64,000 nt of DNA from Actinomycetes bacterium (GTDB taxonomy: Bacteria; Actinomycetota; UBA4738; HRBIN12). The notes below the pieces were generated by a model that was not told the DNA's origin, did no database searches, and saw only the letters and a program-made list of their open reading frames with translations. Location of the stretch: contig JAJNBA010000017.1 in NCBI GenBank assembly GCA_021155985.1, positions 1,779 through 65,778 on the forward strand, written 5' to 3'. A program made the position numbers and the translations under genes. This document shows positions 1 through 7,230 of the stretch, piece after piece (within the stretch, counting starts at the first letter, position 1; each line of letters begins with the position of its first letter).

Positions 1-426
1 GGTGTCCACATCCCGATGGAAGACGTGATGGAGATCAAGTCCGGGAAGAAGCAGGTCGTGAAGAAGAAGCAGTTCCCCGGCTATCTCCTCGTCCGCATGG
101 TCTACGACAACGACTCCTGGTACGTCGTCCGCAACACGCCCGGCGTCACCGGGTTCGTGTCCGCCGGCACCGGAACGAAGCCGACGCCGCTGTCGAAGCA
201 CGAGGTCGACAAGATCCTGACCGTGAAGAAGGAGGAGGTCCGGCCGCAGGTCCGCCTCGGGTTCGAGGAGGGCGACATCGTGCGGATCACTTCGGGGCCG
301 TTCGCCGACTTCAACGGCACGATCAACGAGATCAACCCCGACCAGGCCAAGCTCAAGGTGCTGGTCAACATCTTCGATCGGGAGACCCCGGTCGAGCTCT
401 CCTTCGATCAGGTGTCGAAGGTCTAG
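1..426 (+). CDS. nusG: Transcription termination/antitermination factor NusG, C-terminal part (5' end outside window)
   Basis: Frame 1 is open from nt 1. Translation contains [18 protein letters not shown] and the KOW motif [21 protein letters not shown]. It lies directly upstream of rplK. Confidence 0.93.
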   Translation, partial: GVHIPMEDVMEIKSGKKQVVKKKQFPGYLLVRMVYDNDSWYVVRNTPGVTGFVSAGTGTKPTPLSKHEVDKILTVKKEEVRPQVRLGFEEGDIVRITSGPFADFNGTINEINPDQAKLKVLVNIFDRETPVELSFDQVSKV

Positions 427-555
427 CGCTACGGTCGGCGCTCACGGACGAAGCGAGGTGCCGACAGTGATGGCGCTCAAGTAGCGAAGCGATAGCGCAC
501 GAAAGGGAACCGCGGGAGGCCGCGAGGCCGCTGGGACCGCAGGAGGTGGGGAACG

Positions 556-987
556 ATGGCTCCGAAGAAGAAGGTGCTCGCGACCGCGAAGCTCCAGATC
601 GTCGCCGCGCAGGCGACCCCGGCCCCTCCGGTGGGCACGGCCCTGGGTCAGCACGGCGTGAACATCATGGACTTCTGCAAGCAGTACAACGAAGCGACCC
701 AGCAGTTCGCCGGGCAGGTGATACCGGTCGAGCTCACGATCTACGAGGATCGGTCGTTCACGTTCGTCCTCAAACAGCCGCCGGCCGCGGAGCTGATCCG
801 CAAGGCGGCCGGGATCGAGAAGGGGTCGGGCGAGCCCAACCGTGAGAAGGTCGCCCGGCTCTCCCGGCAGCAGGTGAAAGAGATCGCCGAGCGCAAGATG
901 GTCGACCTGAACGCGAACGACATCGACAATGCGATGCGGATCATCGAGGGGACCGCACGCAGCATGGGCGTGGAGGTGGCCTCGTGA
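556..987 (+). CDS. rplK: 50S ribosomal protein uL11
   Basis: 143 aa, [45 protein letters not shown]; GGAGG-like RBS upstream. Confidence 0.97.
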   Translation: MAPKKKVLATAKLQIVAAQATPAPPVGTALGQHGVNIMDFCKQYNEATQQFAGQVIPVELTIYEDRSFTFVLKQPPAAELIRKAAGIEKGSGEPNREKVARLSRQQVKEIAERKMVDLNANDIDNAMRIIEGTARSMGVEVAS

Positions 988-1706
988 GCGCGAAACCCGG
1001 GAAGCGCTACCGAGAGGCGGCGGAGTCCTTCGATCGTGAGCAGCACTACCTCCCGGCGGACGCGATCAAGATCCTGAAGTCCCTGCCGGCGGCGAAGTTC
1101 GACGAAACCGTCGAGGTCGCCTTCCGGCTCGGCGTCGACCCTCGCAAGAACGACCAGGCGATCCGCGGCACCGTGGCGCTGCCCCACGGCACGGGCAAGT
1201 CGGTGCGCGTCGGCGTGTTCGCGGCGGGAGAGAAGGCGCGCGAGGCGCGGGATGCCGGAGCGGACGTCGTCGGCGGCGAGGAGCTGGTCGAGGAGGTCAT
1301 GAAAGGGACGATCGACTTCGACGCGGCGGTTGCCACGCCGGACATGATGGCGTCGGTCGGGAAGGCCGGCCGGGTGCTGGGCCCGCGGGGACTGATGCCG
1401 AACCCGAAGACGGGGACCGTGACGAACGACATCGCGAAGGCCGTCGCCGACATCAAGGGAGGCAAGGTCGAGTACCGAGCCGATCGCACGGGCAATGTCC
1501 ATCTGATCATCGGGAAGAAGTCGTTCGAGGAGCGCAACCTGCTCGAGAACTACCTCGTGGTCATCGATGAGCTCCTGAAGGCGAAGCCGTCCTCGGCCAA
1601 GGGCCGCTACATCAGGTCGCTGGCCATCTCCTCGACGATGGGACCGAGCGTACGGATCGACGCGTCGAAGCCTCGAGGCGTCCAGATGGCCGCCGCGGAG
1701 GGATAG
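984..1706 (+). CDS. rplA: 50S ribosomal protein uL1
   Basis: 240 aa; [34 protein letters not shown]; GTGA overlap with the rplK stop. Confidence 0.97.
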   Translation: MSAKPGKRYREAAESFDREQHYLPADAIKILKSLPAAKFDETVEVAFRLGVDPRKNDQAIRGTVALPHGTGKSVRVGVFAAGEKAREARDAGADVVGGEELVEEVMKGTIDFDAAVATPDMMASVGKAGRVLGPRGLMPNPKTGTVTNDIAKAVADIKGGKVEYRADRTGNVHLIIGKKSFEERNLLENYLVVIDELLKAKPSSAKGRYIRSLAISSTMGPSVRIDASKPRGVQMAAAEG

Positions 1707-1985
1707 CCCGGCGCGCGGCCGGCTCGGCTCCGGCGACTCCCTCCGAAGTGCGCGGGGCACGGGTCGGCCGGGGCTCGGGAGGTACCAGCCTTCTCATCGC
1801 GCAAGCGGATCCTCTTCGAAGGAGTGGCGGTCACGGGAATGTCGGCCTTCGGCCCAAGGCGGCGTCCGGCCCTCTCGGCCCGATGATCCCTCCCCCTTTC
1901 CGTTTCGCCGCAACCTCGATACACTTCAGTCCCCCCGACGGACCAGGCCGTCCGGTGGACGCCGGGGAGAACTGGGAGAGCGTGG

Positions 1986-2690
1986 GTGGGGCGTTCGAAC
2001 GGCAGCAATGGCGCCATCGCGCTCATCGTCGTCCGGGACGACACCCCGTTGTTCAGTGAGGTCCTCTGCGAGGCCCTCAAGAGGGAGGGGGGTGTCCGCG
2101 TCCTTTCGCGGCCGCTCCACCTCGACGAGGCGATCGACTTCTGCGGGGCCAAGCACCCCGACGTGATCCTGGTCGAGGCGACCAAAGCCTCCCCACGCTC
2201 GCTGCGGAGCCTGGTCCGGCCCATCAGGGCCGCGTGTGAGGCACCCGTCGTCCTGGTCGCCGACGAGAAGATGGACGACACGTTCCTCGTGGCCGGCGTG
2301 GAGGCGGGCGCGTGCGGGATCGTCGACTCTTCGGGCGGGATCGGGCAGGTCCTTCACGCGGTTCGCGCCGCGGCCGCAGGGGAGCGGCTCGTCGATTCCA
2401 GCCGGCTGCTGGAAGCCGTCGAGAGGGCGGCGCGGCTCCGCGAGGGGGAGCGCAAGCGCACCGAGCTCCTTGGGCTCCTGTCCGAGCGTGAGCGCGAGAT
2501 CCTGGCGGAGCTCGATCGCGGGCTCGGGAACTCCGAGATCGCCGAACGGCTCAGGATAAGCCCGCGGACCGTCGAGAAGCACGTCCACAACATCCTTGCG
2601 AAACTCCAGGTGCCCTCGCGCCTCGCCGCCGTCGCTCTCGCCAAGAAGATGGGCGATTCCGCGTACGAGTCGATGCGTGGAACCGCGTAG
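1986..2690 (+). CDS. LuxR/NarL-family response-regulator-like transcription factor with degenerate receiver domain
   Basis: The C-terminal GerE/LuxR HTH reads LSEREREILAELDRGLGNSEIAERLRISPRTVEKHVHNILAKLQV. The N-terminal REC-like fold keeps the acidic pair (VVRDDTP). The phospho-acceptor position reads HPDVILVEATKA (Glu instead of Asp), and the T/K positions are also not conserved. GTG start; the exact start is uncertain. Confidence 0.8.
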   Translation: MGRSNGSNGAIALIVVRDDTPLFSEVLCEALKREGGVRVLSRPLHLDEAIDFCGAKHPDVILVEATKASPRSLRSLVRPIRAACEAPVVLVADEKMDDTFLVAGVEAGACGIVDSSGGIGQVLHAVRAAAAGERLVDSSRLLEAVERAARLREGERKRTELLGLLSEREREILAELDRGLGNSEIAERLRISPRTVEKHVHNILAKLQVPSRLAAVALAKKMGDSAYESMRGTA

Positions 2691-2809
2691 TCCGAAAGTC
2701 GTAGATGCACTGATGCGTTGGCCCGACCTTCCCTCCTAGGCTGAAGCGGTGCCCTCGTGTTTCCCTCGGCGCTGGAGAGGCGACGACCGCGGGGCAGAGG
2801 AGGCGACGG

Positions 2810-3280
2810 ATGAAGCATCCCTTCAAGTTGAGTGTCTTGACGCTCACGCTCGTCGGGCTGATGGCGGCTCCGGCGCTGGCGCAGAGCGGACATTTCGTAC
2901 AGACGCAGACCTGTCGTGACATCGGGACACAGGTCGCGTGCTCCGGCAAGGTGGCCGGGCTCGGGGGGACGACCTTCGAGATCACCCTCGAGGCGGCGGG
3001 CATCGCATCGGTTGAGTGCACGAACCCCGGCGGCAACGTCGCCCCGGGCCAGGACACGGCAGTCACTGTGGCGGGAACGACCGACCCGCGGCCGACACCG
3101 CGGAACGGTCAATTCCGATACACCATCACGACTGACGATCCGGAGCCGCTCCCGCCGACGCCCACGTGCCCGAACAACCAGTGGACGCCGAACATCGTGG
3201 ACGTGACGTTCACGACGGCGACACTGACGCTGCTCGAGGACGGCGTCGAGTCGGACACCGTCACGGTGCCCGTCAGCTAG
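2810..3280 (+). CDS. Small secreted protein of unknown function (Sec signal peptide, 4 Cys)
   Basis: 156 aa. N-terminus MKHPFKLSVLTLTLVGLMAAPALA|QS looks like a signal peptide with an AxA site. GAGGAGG RBS 6 nt upstream. The mature part is Thr/Gly/Pro-rich with 4 Cys. I recognise no family. Confidence 0.6.
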   Translation: MKHPFKLSVLTLTLVGLMAAPALAQSGHFVQTQTCRDIGTQVACSGKVAGLGGTTFEITLEAAGIASVECTNPGGNVAPGQDTAVTVAGTTDPRPTPRNGQFRYTITTDDPEPLPPTPTCPNNQWTPNIVDVTFTTATLTLLEDGVESDTVTVPVS

Positions 3281-3299
3281 CGCGCACCAGGGATCACGC

Positions 3300-3340
3300 G
3301 AAGGGGCCGGGTCGGTGCTCGGCCCCTTCTCCTCTTCTTG
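3300..3340 (+). terminator. Intrinsic terminator after the secreted-protein gene
   Basis: Perfect 10-bp stem gaaggggccg (3300-3309) / cggccccttc (3320-3329), 10-nt loop, followed by the T-rich tract tcctcttcttg. Confidence 0.65.
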
Positions 3341-3389
3341 CAGGACCGATCGACAGGATGGCTGCACCAACTGTTGTATCCTGACCCGG

Positions 3390-3499
3390 CCGCAGACAGC
3401 AGGGGCGCGTGAGCGCATAATCCGATCCGGGTACCTGCCGAGGCGACGATCTTCGGGTCGTACGGGCTCGCGCCACTCGCGCGTCTCCGCTGTCTGCGG
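3390..3499 (+). promoter_or_regulatory. Structured 5' leader of rplJ (candidate L10 autoregulatory leader)
   Basis: An 11-bp long-range pairing, ccgcagacagc (3390-3400) with gctgtctgcgg (3489-3499), encloses about 90 nt containing several short GC helices. It ends about 27 nt before the rplJ ATG. The position matches known L10(L12)4-binding leaders. Confidence 0.4.
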
Positions 3500-3526
3500 G
3501 GGCGCGTTGTTCATGGAGGAGGCGCG

Positions 3527-4159
3527 ATGCCGAGTACCCAGAAGATCGAACGGGTCGCTGAGCTGAAGGAGCAGATCGAGGGCTCCACGGCGCTGCTGCT
3601 CACCGAATATCGCGGCCTGACCGTTTCCGAGATCACCGAGCTGCGGAAGTCCCTCGGCGACGGCGGCGCGCGGTTCGCGGTCATCAAGAACACGCTGATG
3701 CGCCGCGCGCTCGAGGACACCGACGCCGCCGGGCTCGGATCGTTGTTCCAAGGGCCGAGCGCCGTGGCCTTCGTGCTCGAGGATCCGGTCGCGGCAGCCA
3801 AGAGCGTCACCGCGGCGGCGAAGAAGTTCCCTGCCCTCGTGTTGAAGGGCGGTTTCGTCGAGGGGCGCGTCCTCTCCGCCGACGAGGCCAGATCGCTCGC
3901 CGAGCTCGAGTCCCGCGAGGTGATGCTGTCCAAGATCGCGGGACTGATGAAGGGCGAGATGTCCCGCGCGGCCTCGATGTTCCAGGCAACCCAGTCGCGC
4001 TTCCTGTCACTGCTCGAAGCCTTCAAGGCGAAGCTGCCGGAAGCAGCACCAGAGGCCGAAGCAGCACCAGAGGCCGAAGCGGCACCACAGGACGAAGCGG
4101 CACCAGAGGCCGAAGCAGCACCAGAGGCGAACGGAACGAACGACGAGGAAGGGGAGTGA
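3527..4159 (+). CDS. rplJ: 50S ribosomal protein uL10 with repeat-containing C-terminal extension
   Basis: 210 aa; [35 protein letters not shown]; GGAGGAGG RBS; acidic (EAAPEA)n tail. Confidence 0.96.
   Translation: MPSTQKIERVAELKEQIEGSTALLLTEYRGLTVSEITELRKSLGDGGARFAVIKNTLMRRALEDTDAAGLGSLFQGPSAVAFVLEDPVAAAKSVTAAAKKFPALVLKGGFVEGRVLSADEARSLAELESREVMLSKIAGLMKGEMSRAASMFQATQSRFLSLLEAFKAKLPEAAPEAEAAPEAEAAPQDEAAPEAEAAPEANGTNDEEGE
4040..4129 (+). repeat. Five tandem 18-nt units (gaagcagcaccagaggcc consensus) inside rplJ
   Basis: Units lie at 4040-4057, 4058-4075, 4076-4093, 4094-4111 and 4112-4129, with 0-4 mismatches each. They are in-frame and encode [12 protein letters not shown] repeats. Confidence 0.95.
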
Positions 4160-4560
4160 CCGTGGCGAAGTCGAAGATCGGGACGGAGGATCTCCTCGAG
4201 CAGTTCAAAGAGATGACGCTGCTCGAGCTGTCGGAGTTCATCAAGGCGTTCGAAGAGACGTTCGACGTCACGGCTGCTGCGGCCGCGCCGATGATGGTGT
4301 CCGCGCCGGGCGGTGTAGCCGGCGGCGACGCCGGCGCGGAAGAGGAGCAGTCGGAGTTCGACGTGATCCTCACCGCTGCCGGGGACAAGAAGATCCAGGT
4401 GATCAAGGAGGTCCGGGCTCTCACGAGCCTCGGTCTCAAGGAGGCCAAGGATCTCGTCGACGGAGCGCCCAAGCCGGTCCTTGAGCGTGTCAACAAAGAA
4501 GCTGCAGACAAGGCGAAAGAGCAGCTCGAGGCCGCAGGTGGGAGCGTCGAGGTCAAGTAG
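4156..4560 (+). CDS. rplL: 50S ribosomal protein bL12 (L7/L12)
   Basis: [28 protein letters not shown] ... [31 protein letters not shown]. The start is GTG 4156 or GTG 4162. Confidence 0.96.
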   Translation: MTVAKSKIGTEDLLEQFKEMTLLELSEFIKAFEETFDVTAAAAAPMMVSAPGGVAGGDAGAEEEQSEFDVILTAAGDKKIQVIKEVRALTSLGLKEAKDLVDGAPKPVLERVNKEAADKAKEQLEAAGGSVEVK

Positions 4561-4574
4561 GTAACCGGGTGAGC

Positions 4575-4607
4575 AACCCGGGGTGAGCGTGTGACGGCCC
4601 CCGGGTT
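4575..4607 (+). terminator. Hairpin downstream of rplL (possible terminator/attenuator)
   Basis: 9-bp stem aacccgggg (4575-4583) / ccccgggtt (4599-4607), 15-nt loop, no clear U-tract. Confidence 0.35.
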
Positions 4608-4670
4608 CCCCTCCCCGCAACCCTTGTGCTACGGTGCGCCACGTTCGTACACCGAGGGGGGAGACCGCGT

Positions 4671-5087
4671 ATGCGGCAAAGTGATGGGAAGCACTTCGGA
4701 CAGCGACTTCGCGAAGCGAGGGTCGCGGCTGGGCTGAGCCAATCGGAGCTCGAGGACATCTCCGGCATCCCGAAGGCGCGACTCTCGCGCTACGAGAACG
4801 GTCACGTCGAGCCTTCCATCCAGACGCTTGCCCGGTTGTCGCGAGCTCTGAACGTGTCCGAGGCCTCACTGCTCGGCGATCAGCGGGCGATCCTCGAGGA
4901 CTTCTTCAACGTCCTCTACGACCGCGGTGTGCGCATCACCTCCAGCGAGCAGGGCGCGCGGATCGCTCACGCCGTCGCGGACCTGCTCGGTGCCGTGAAG
5001 CCCGACCCGGTCGCTGCGGATGACGATCAGCTGACTCGGGTACCGGACGCGGTCGATCACCCCCTCACCGCCCCGGTGCTCGGCTAG
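4671..5087 (+). CDS. XRE-family helix-turn-helix transcriptional regulator
   Basis: FGQRLREARVAAGLSQSELEDISGIPKARLSRYENGHVEPSIQTLARLSRALNVS is a classical Cro/C1 HTH. ATG 4671 is preceded by gaggggggag. The ORF-track start at 4626 is less likely. Confidence 0.8.
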   Translation: MRQSDGKHFGQRLREARVAAGLSQSELEDISGIPKARLSRYENGHVEPSIQTLARLSRALNVSEASLLGDQRAILEDFFNVLYDRGVRITSSEQGARIAHAVADLLGAVKPDPVAADDDQLTRVPDAVDHPLTAPVLG

Positions 5088-6931
5088 GGCTCGCCGGCGC
5101 CGAATCGCAGCTCGAGATCGACGGAGCCTCCCCGGACGCCGGAGAACGTCGCCCCGTCCGTCCTTCTCTCGAGCTCTCGTGAGGTTGAGACGACGTTCGA
5201 CCCCTCAGGGAGGACGATCCCGAGCTTGAACCGCACGCCGGAAAGCGTCGGCTGCGGGAGGATCCTCAGCACCAGCTCGTCCATTCCCTCGACCGTCCTG
5301 ACCGCGCCCGGTACGTCGTACGTGACGGTGAGCGTCGCCGACTCGCCACCGCGAACGAGGATCGATCCGGTCACCGAGGTCAGTCCCCCGTCCGAGCCGA
5401 TCTCGATCGGACTCGGCCGACTCGTCTCCGCGGTGATGCCCTGTGCCGTCGCCGGCAGGAAGAGGGTGACGTCAGCCGCGAACGTGCCCACCGGGATCTC
5501 ACCCACGGGGCGCCCGAGGAGCACCGATGGTGGATCCGTCCCCGCCGTGTTCTCGAACAGGATCTCCGCCTCGACGGCCGCGGATGCGTCGTCCGTGATC
5601 CGGGTCGACTGACGGACGGTCGTGTCCACGAGCGCACCCACGTGGGAGTTCCCGATCGCGCTCCAGGAAGCGGCGACGGGGAGCACACCGTCATCGGTGA
5701 GCCTGGCGCCTCCGTCGAGGCCGAGGCTGCGGATGATTCGACGCTCGGCCCTGCCGGGGAGGTAGATCGACAGGTGCCCGTCGCGGGCGCCGGCGGCCGT
5801 CGCGAGGGCGAAGGATTCCACGCCTGGTCGACGATCGAGGAACGCCTCGAGGATCGCCGAGACCCGGTCGGCGTGCAGACGGGCCGACCTGGGCGGTGCG
5901 GTCCCGAGGAAAGCCTCGATCTCCAGCGCCCTGGTGGTGGTTCGATCGGACAGGGCCTCCGGCGAACCCTCAGCTCCCACGTCCCCGATGGCCCACACGA
6001 TGTCCTCGAGCGCCACCGCATCGATCTGGATGACGCCGTCGAGGTCGGTCAGACCGGAGGTTTCGGCCGCCTCGAGCAGGGCTCGAGCCGTCCTCCTCCA
6101 GTCGATCGAGATCTCCGCCTCGATCAACTCGCTCGATGCGGGCGCGATCGACTCGAGCGTGAGGGAGCCGTCACGTGCGACCAGGACGCCGACCGTGGCG
6201 GGCGTGCCGCCGCCGGGGCGTGGGATGCCCAGCGTCGGGACGCAGATGAGGTACCGATGCTCTCCCCCGAACATCGCCGCCGCGAGCCGCAACGAGTCCC
6301 GGAATCGGGTCGCGAGGTCGAGCCGGAGGGTGAGCCCGTCGACCGCGTCCTGGTAGCCGGTGGCGACCGGCCCGATCAGTCCGTTCCTCCCCGCGTCTTC
6401 CAGCGCCCGAAGAGCGACCTCGAGCCGCCGCGTCACCGCCGCCATGTCGGGGATCGCGTCCTCGAAGGCGCCGATGTCCACGCTCCCCCCAGCGGTGGAG
6501 GCGGGGATCCTGATGTCGGTCCACCCGAGCGTCCGAGCGACCTGAACCATCGCGGTCCCGGCTTCAGCCGTCGCTCGGGAAGCGTCGGCGACGGCCGCCG
6601 CCGCGTCGATGTTGTCGCCCGCGATGGGCAGGATCCCGGCGATGCCCATCGAGGGGTGCCCGACGGCCCCCCGAGCGGCATCCGCCGCCCTGCTGGCGGC
6701 TTCGAAGTGAGGCCCCGCCGACCCCGGGTCTCCGGTGACGATCGATTCGATCGCGATCGAGAGCTCCGACCGTGCGGCCGTGAGCCCGCGGACGAGGCTC
6801 CTTCCCGCCCAGATACCGTCCAGGACGAGGAGGGCGGCGAACGTGGCGAGGCCCGCCAAGGCGCCGAGGGCGATCCGTCTCCCGCGGGTCCGTGGTCGCC
6901 GGGGGCCGGACGGGGTGGACTCCGAGGCCAT
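5084..6931 (-). CDS. DUF4012-like membrane-anchored extracytoplasmic protein
   Basis: Basic N-terminus followed by one TM (IALGALAGLATFAALLVLDGIW), then a large domain with GHPSMGIAGILPIAGDNIDAA ... HRYLICVPTLGIPRPGGGTP ... The pattern is as I recall for actinobacterial DUF4012. Start chosen at ATG 6931 (MASESTPSG) rather than the ORF-track 7135. Confidence 0.6.
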   Translation of the reverse strand: MASESTPSGPRRPRTRGRRIALGALAGLATFAALLVLDGIWAGRSLVRGLTAARSELSIAIESIVTGDPGSAGPHFEAASRAADAARGAVGHPSMGIAGILPIAGDNIDAAAAVADASRATAEAGTAMVQVARTLGWTDIRIPASTAGGSVDIGAFEDAIPDMAAVTRRLEVALRALEDAGRNGLIGPVATGYQDAVDGLTLRLDLATRFRDSLRLAAAMFGGEHRYLICVPTLGIPRPGGGTPATVGVLVARDGSLTLESIAPASSELIEAEISIDWRRTARALLEAAETSGLTDLDGVIQIDAVALEDIVWAIGDVGAEGSPEALSDRTTTRALEIEAFLGTAPPRSARLHADRVSAILEAFLDRRPGVESFALATAAGARDGHLSIYLPGRAERRIIRSLGLDGGARLTDDGVLPVAASWSAIGNSHVGALVDTTVRQSTRITDDASAAVEAEILFENTAGTDPPSVLLGRPVGEIPVGTFAADVTLFLPATAQGITAETSRPSPIEIGSDGGLTSVTGSILVRGGESATLTVTYDVPGAVRTVEGMDELVLRILPQPTLSGVRFKLGIVLPEGSNVVSTSRELERRTDGATFSGVRGGSVDLELRFGAGEP

Positions 6932-7134
6932 CGCCGCCGACCCTACCCTCGGCAGGCGCGTGAAACCATCAGGGGCCCTTGGCAGGTCCTCGGTGCCAGG
7001 ACCCTCGGCCGCACGGCCGGCGGCCCACATGGCCGGTGTCGGATGGCGTCCAGCGAAGGCCGTTCGGCGGCTTGACCCTCGGCCTCGAGGAGGCGTACCC
7101 TCGGGGGCAGCCGCCGTGTCCGGGGCAGGCGCCA

Positions 7135-7163
7135 TTGACGGTGCCTGTTCCTCCTCGTAGACT
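7135..7163 (+). promoter_or_regulatory. Candidate sigma-70-type promoter of rpoBC
   Basis: TTGACG (7135-7140), 17-nt spacer, TAGACT (7158-7163); about 68 nt upstream of the proposed rpoB start. Confidence 0.5.
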
Positions 7164-7230
7164 GCTCATTTGCCGTGCCGTCCACCGCGTTCTGCCGTGC
7201 GCTCTCGACGTCTCCCGGGAGGGGTTCTGC

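Noticed and set aside
427-555. Possible L1-binding autoregulatory leader upstream of rplK.
   Set aside because: The position is plausible, but I could not identify the 23S-mimic structure by eye. It would need a covariance-model scan, so it is not reported as a feature.
1707-1985. 280-nt gap after rplA containing ORF 1748-2059 (103 aa) and small hairpins; considered as a small gene or ncRNA.
   Set aside because: The ORF is Arg/Pro/Gly-rich with no RBS and overlaps the LuxR gene start. The hairpins are short (4-5 bp). I could not support any specific element.
4040-4129. CRISPR-like array, considered because of the regularly spaced 18-nt repeats. Repeat-rich stretches at 35560-35800 and 60625-60728 were also considered.
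   Set aside because: The repeats are directly abutting with no spacers, are in-frame within rplJ, rplM and the kinase, and encode low-complexity peptide repeats. No cas genes are present.
6932-7135. 68-codon N-terminal extension of the DUF4012-like protein (ORF-track start 7135).
   Set aside because: The extra residues are low-complexity. ATG 6931 gives the usual short basic cytoplasmic tail followed by the TM helix.
6979-7230. 84-codon N-terminal extension of rpoB suggested by the ORF track (start 6979).
   Set aside because: The extension is Pro/Arg-rich and overlaps the candidate promoter (7135-7163) and the DUF4012 gene upstream region. Homology to RpoB begins right after TTG 7231, which has a GGGAGGGG RBS.
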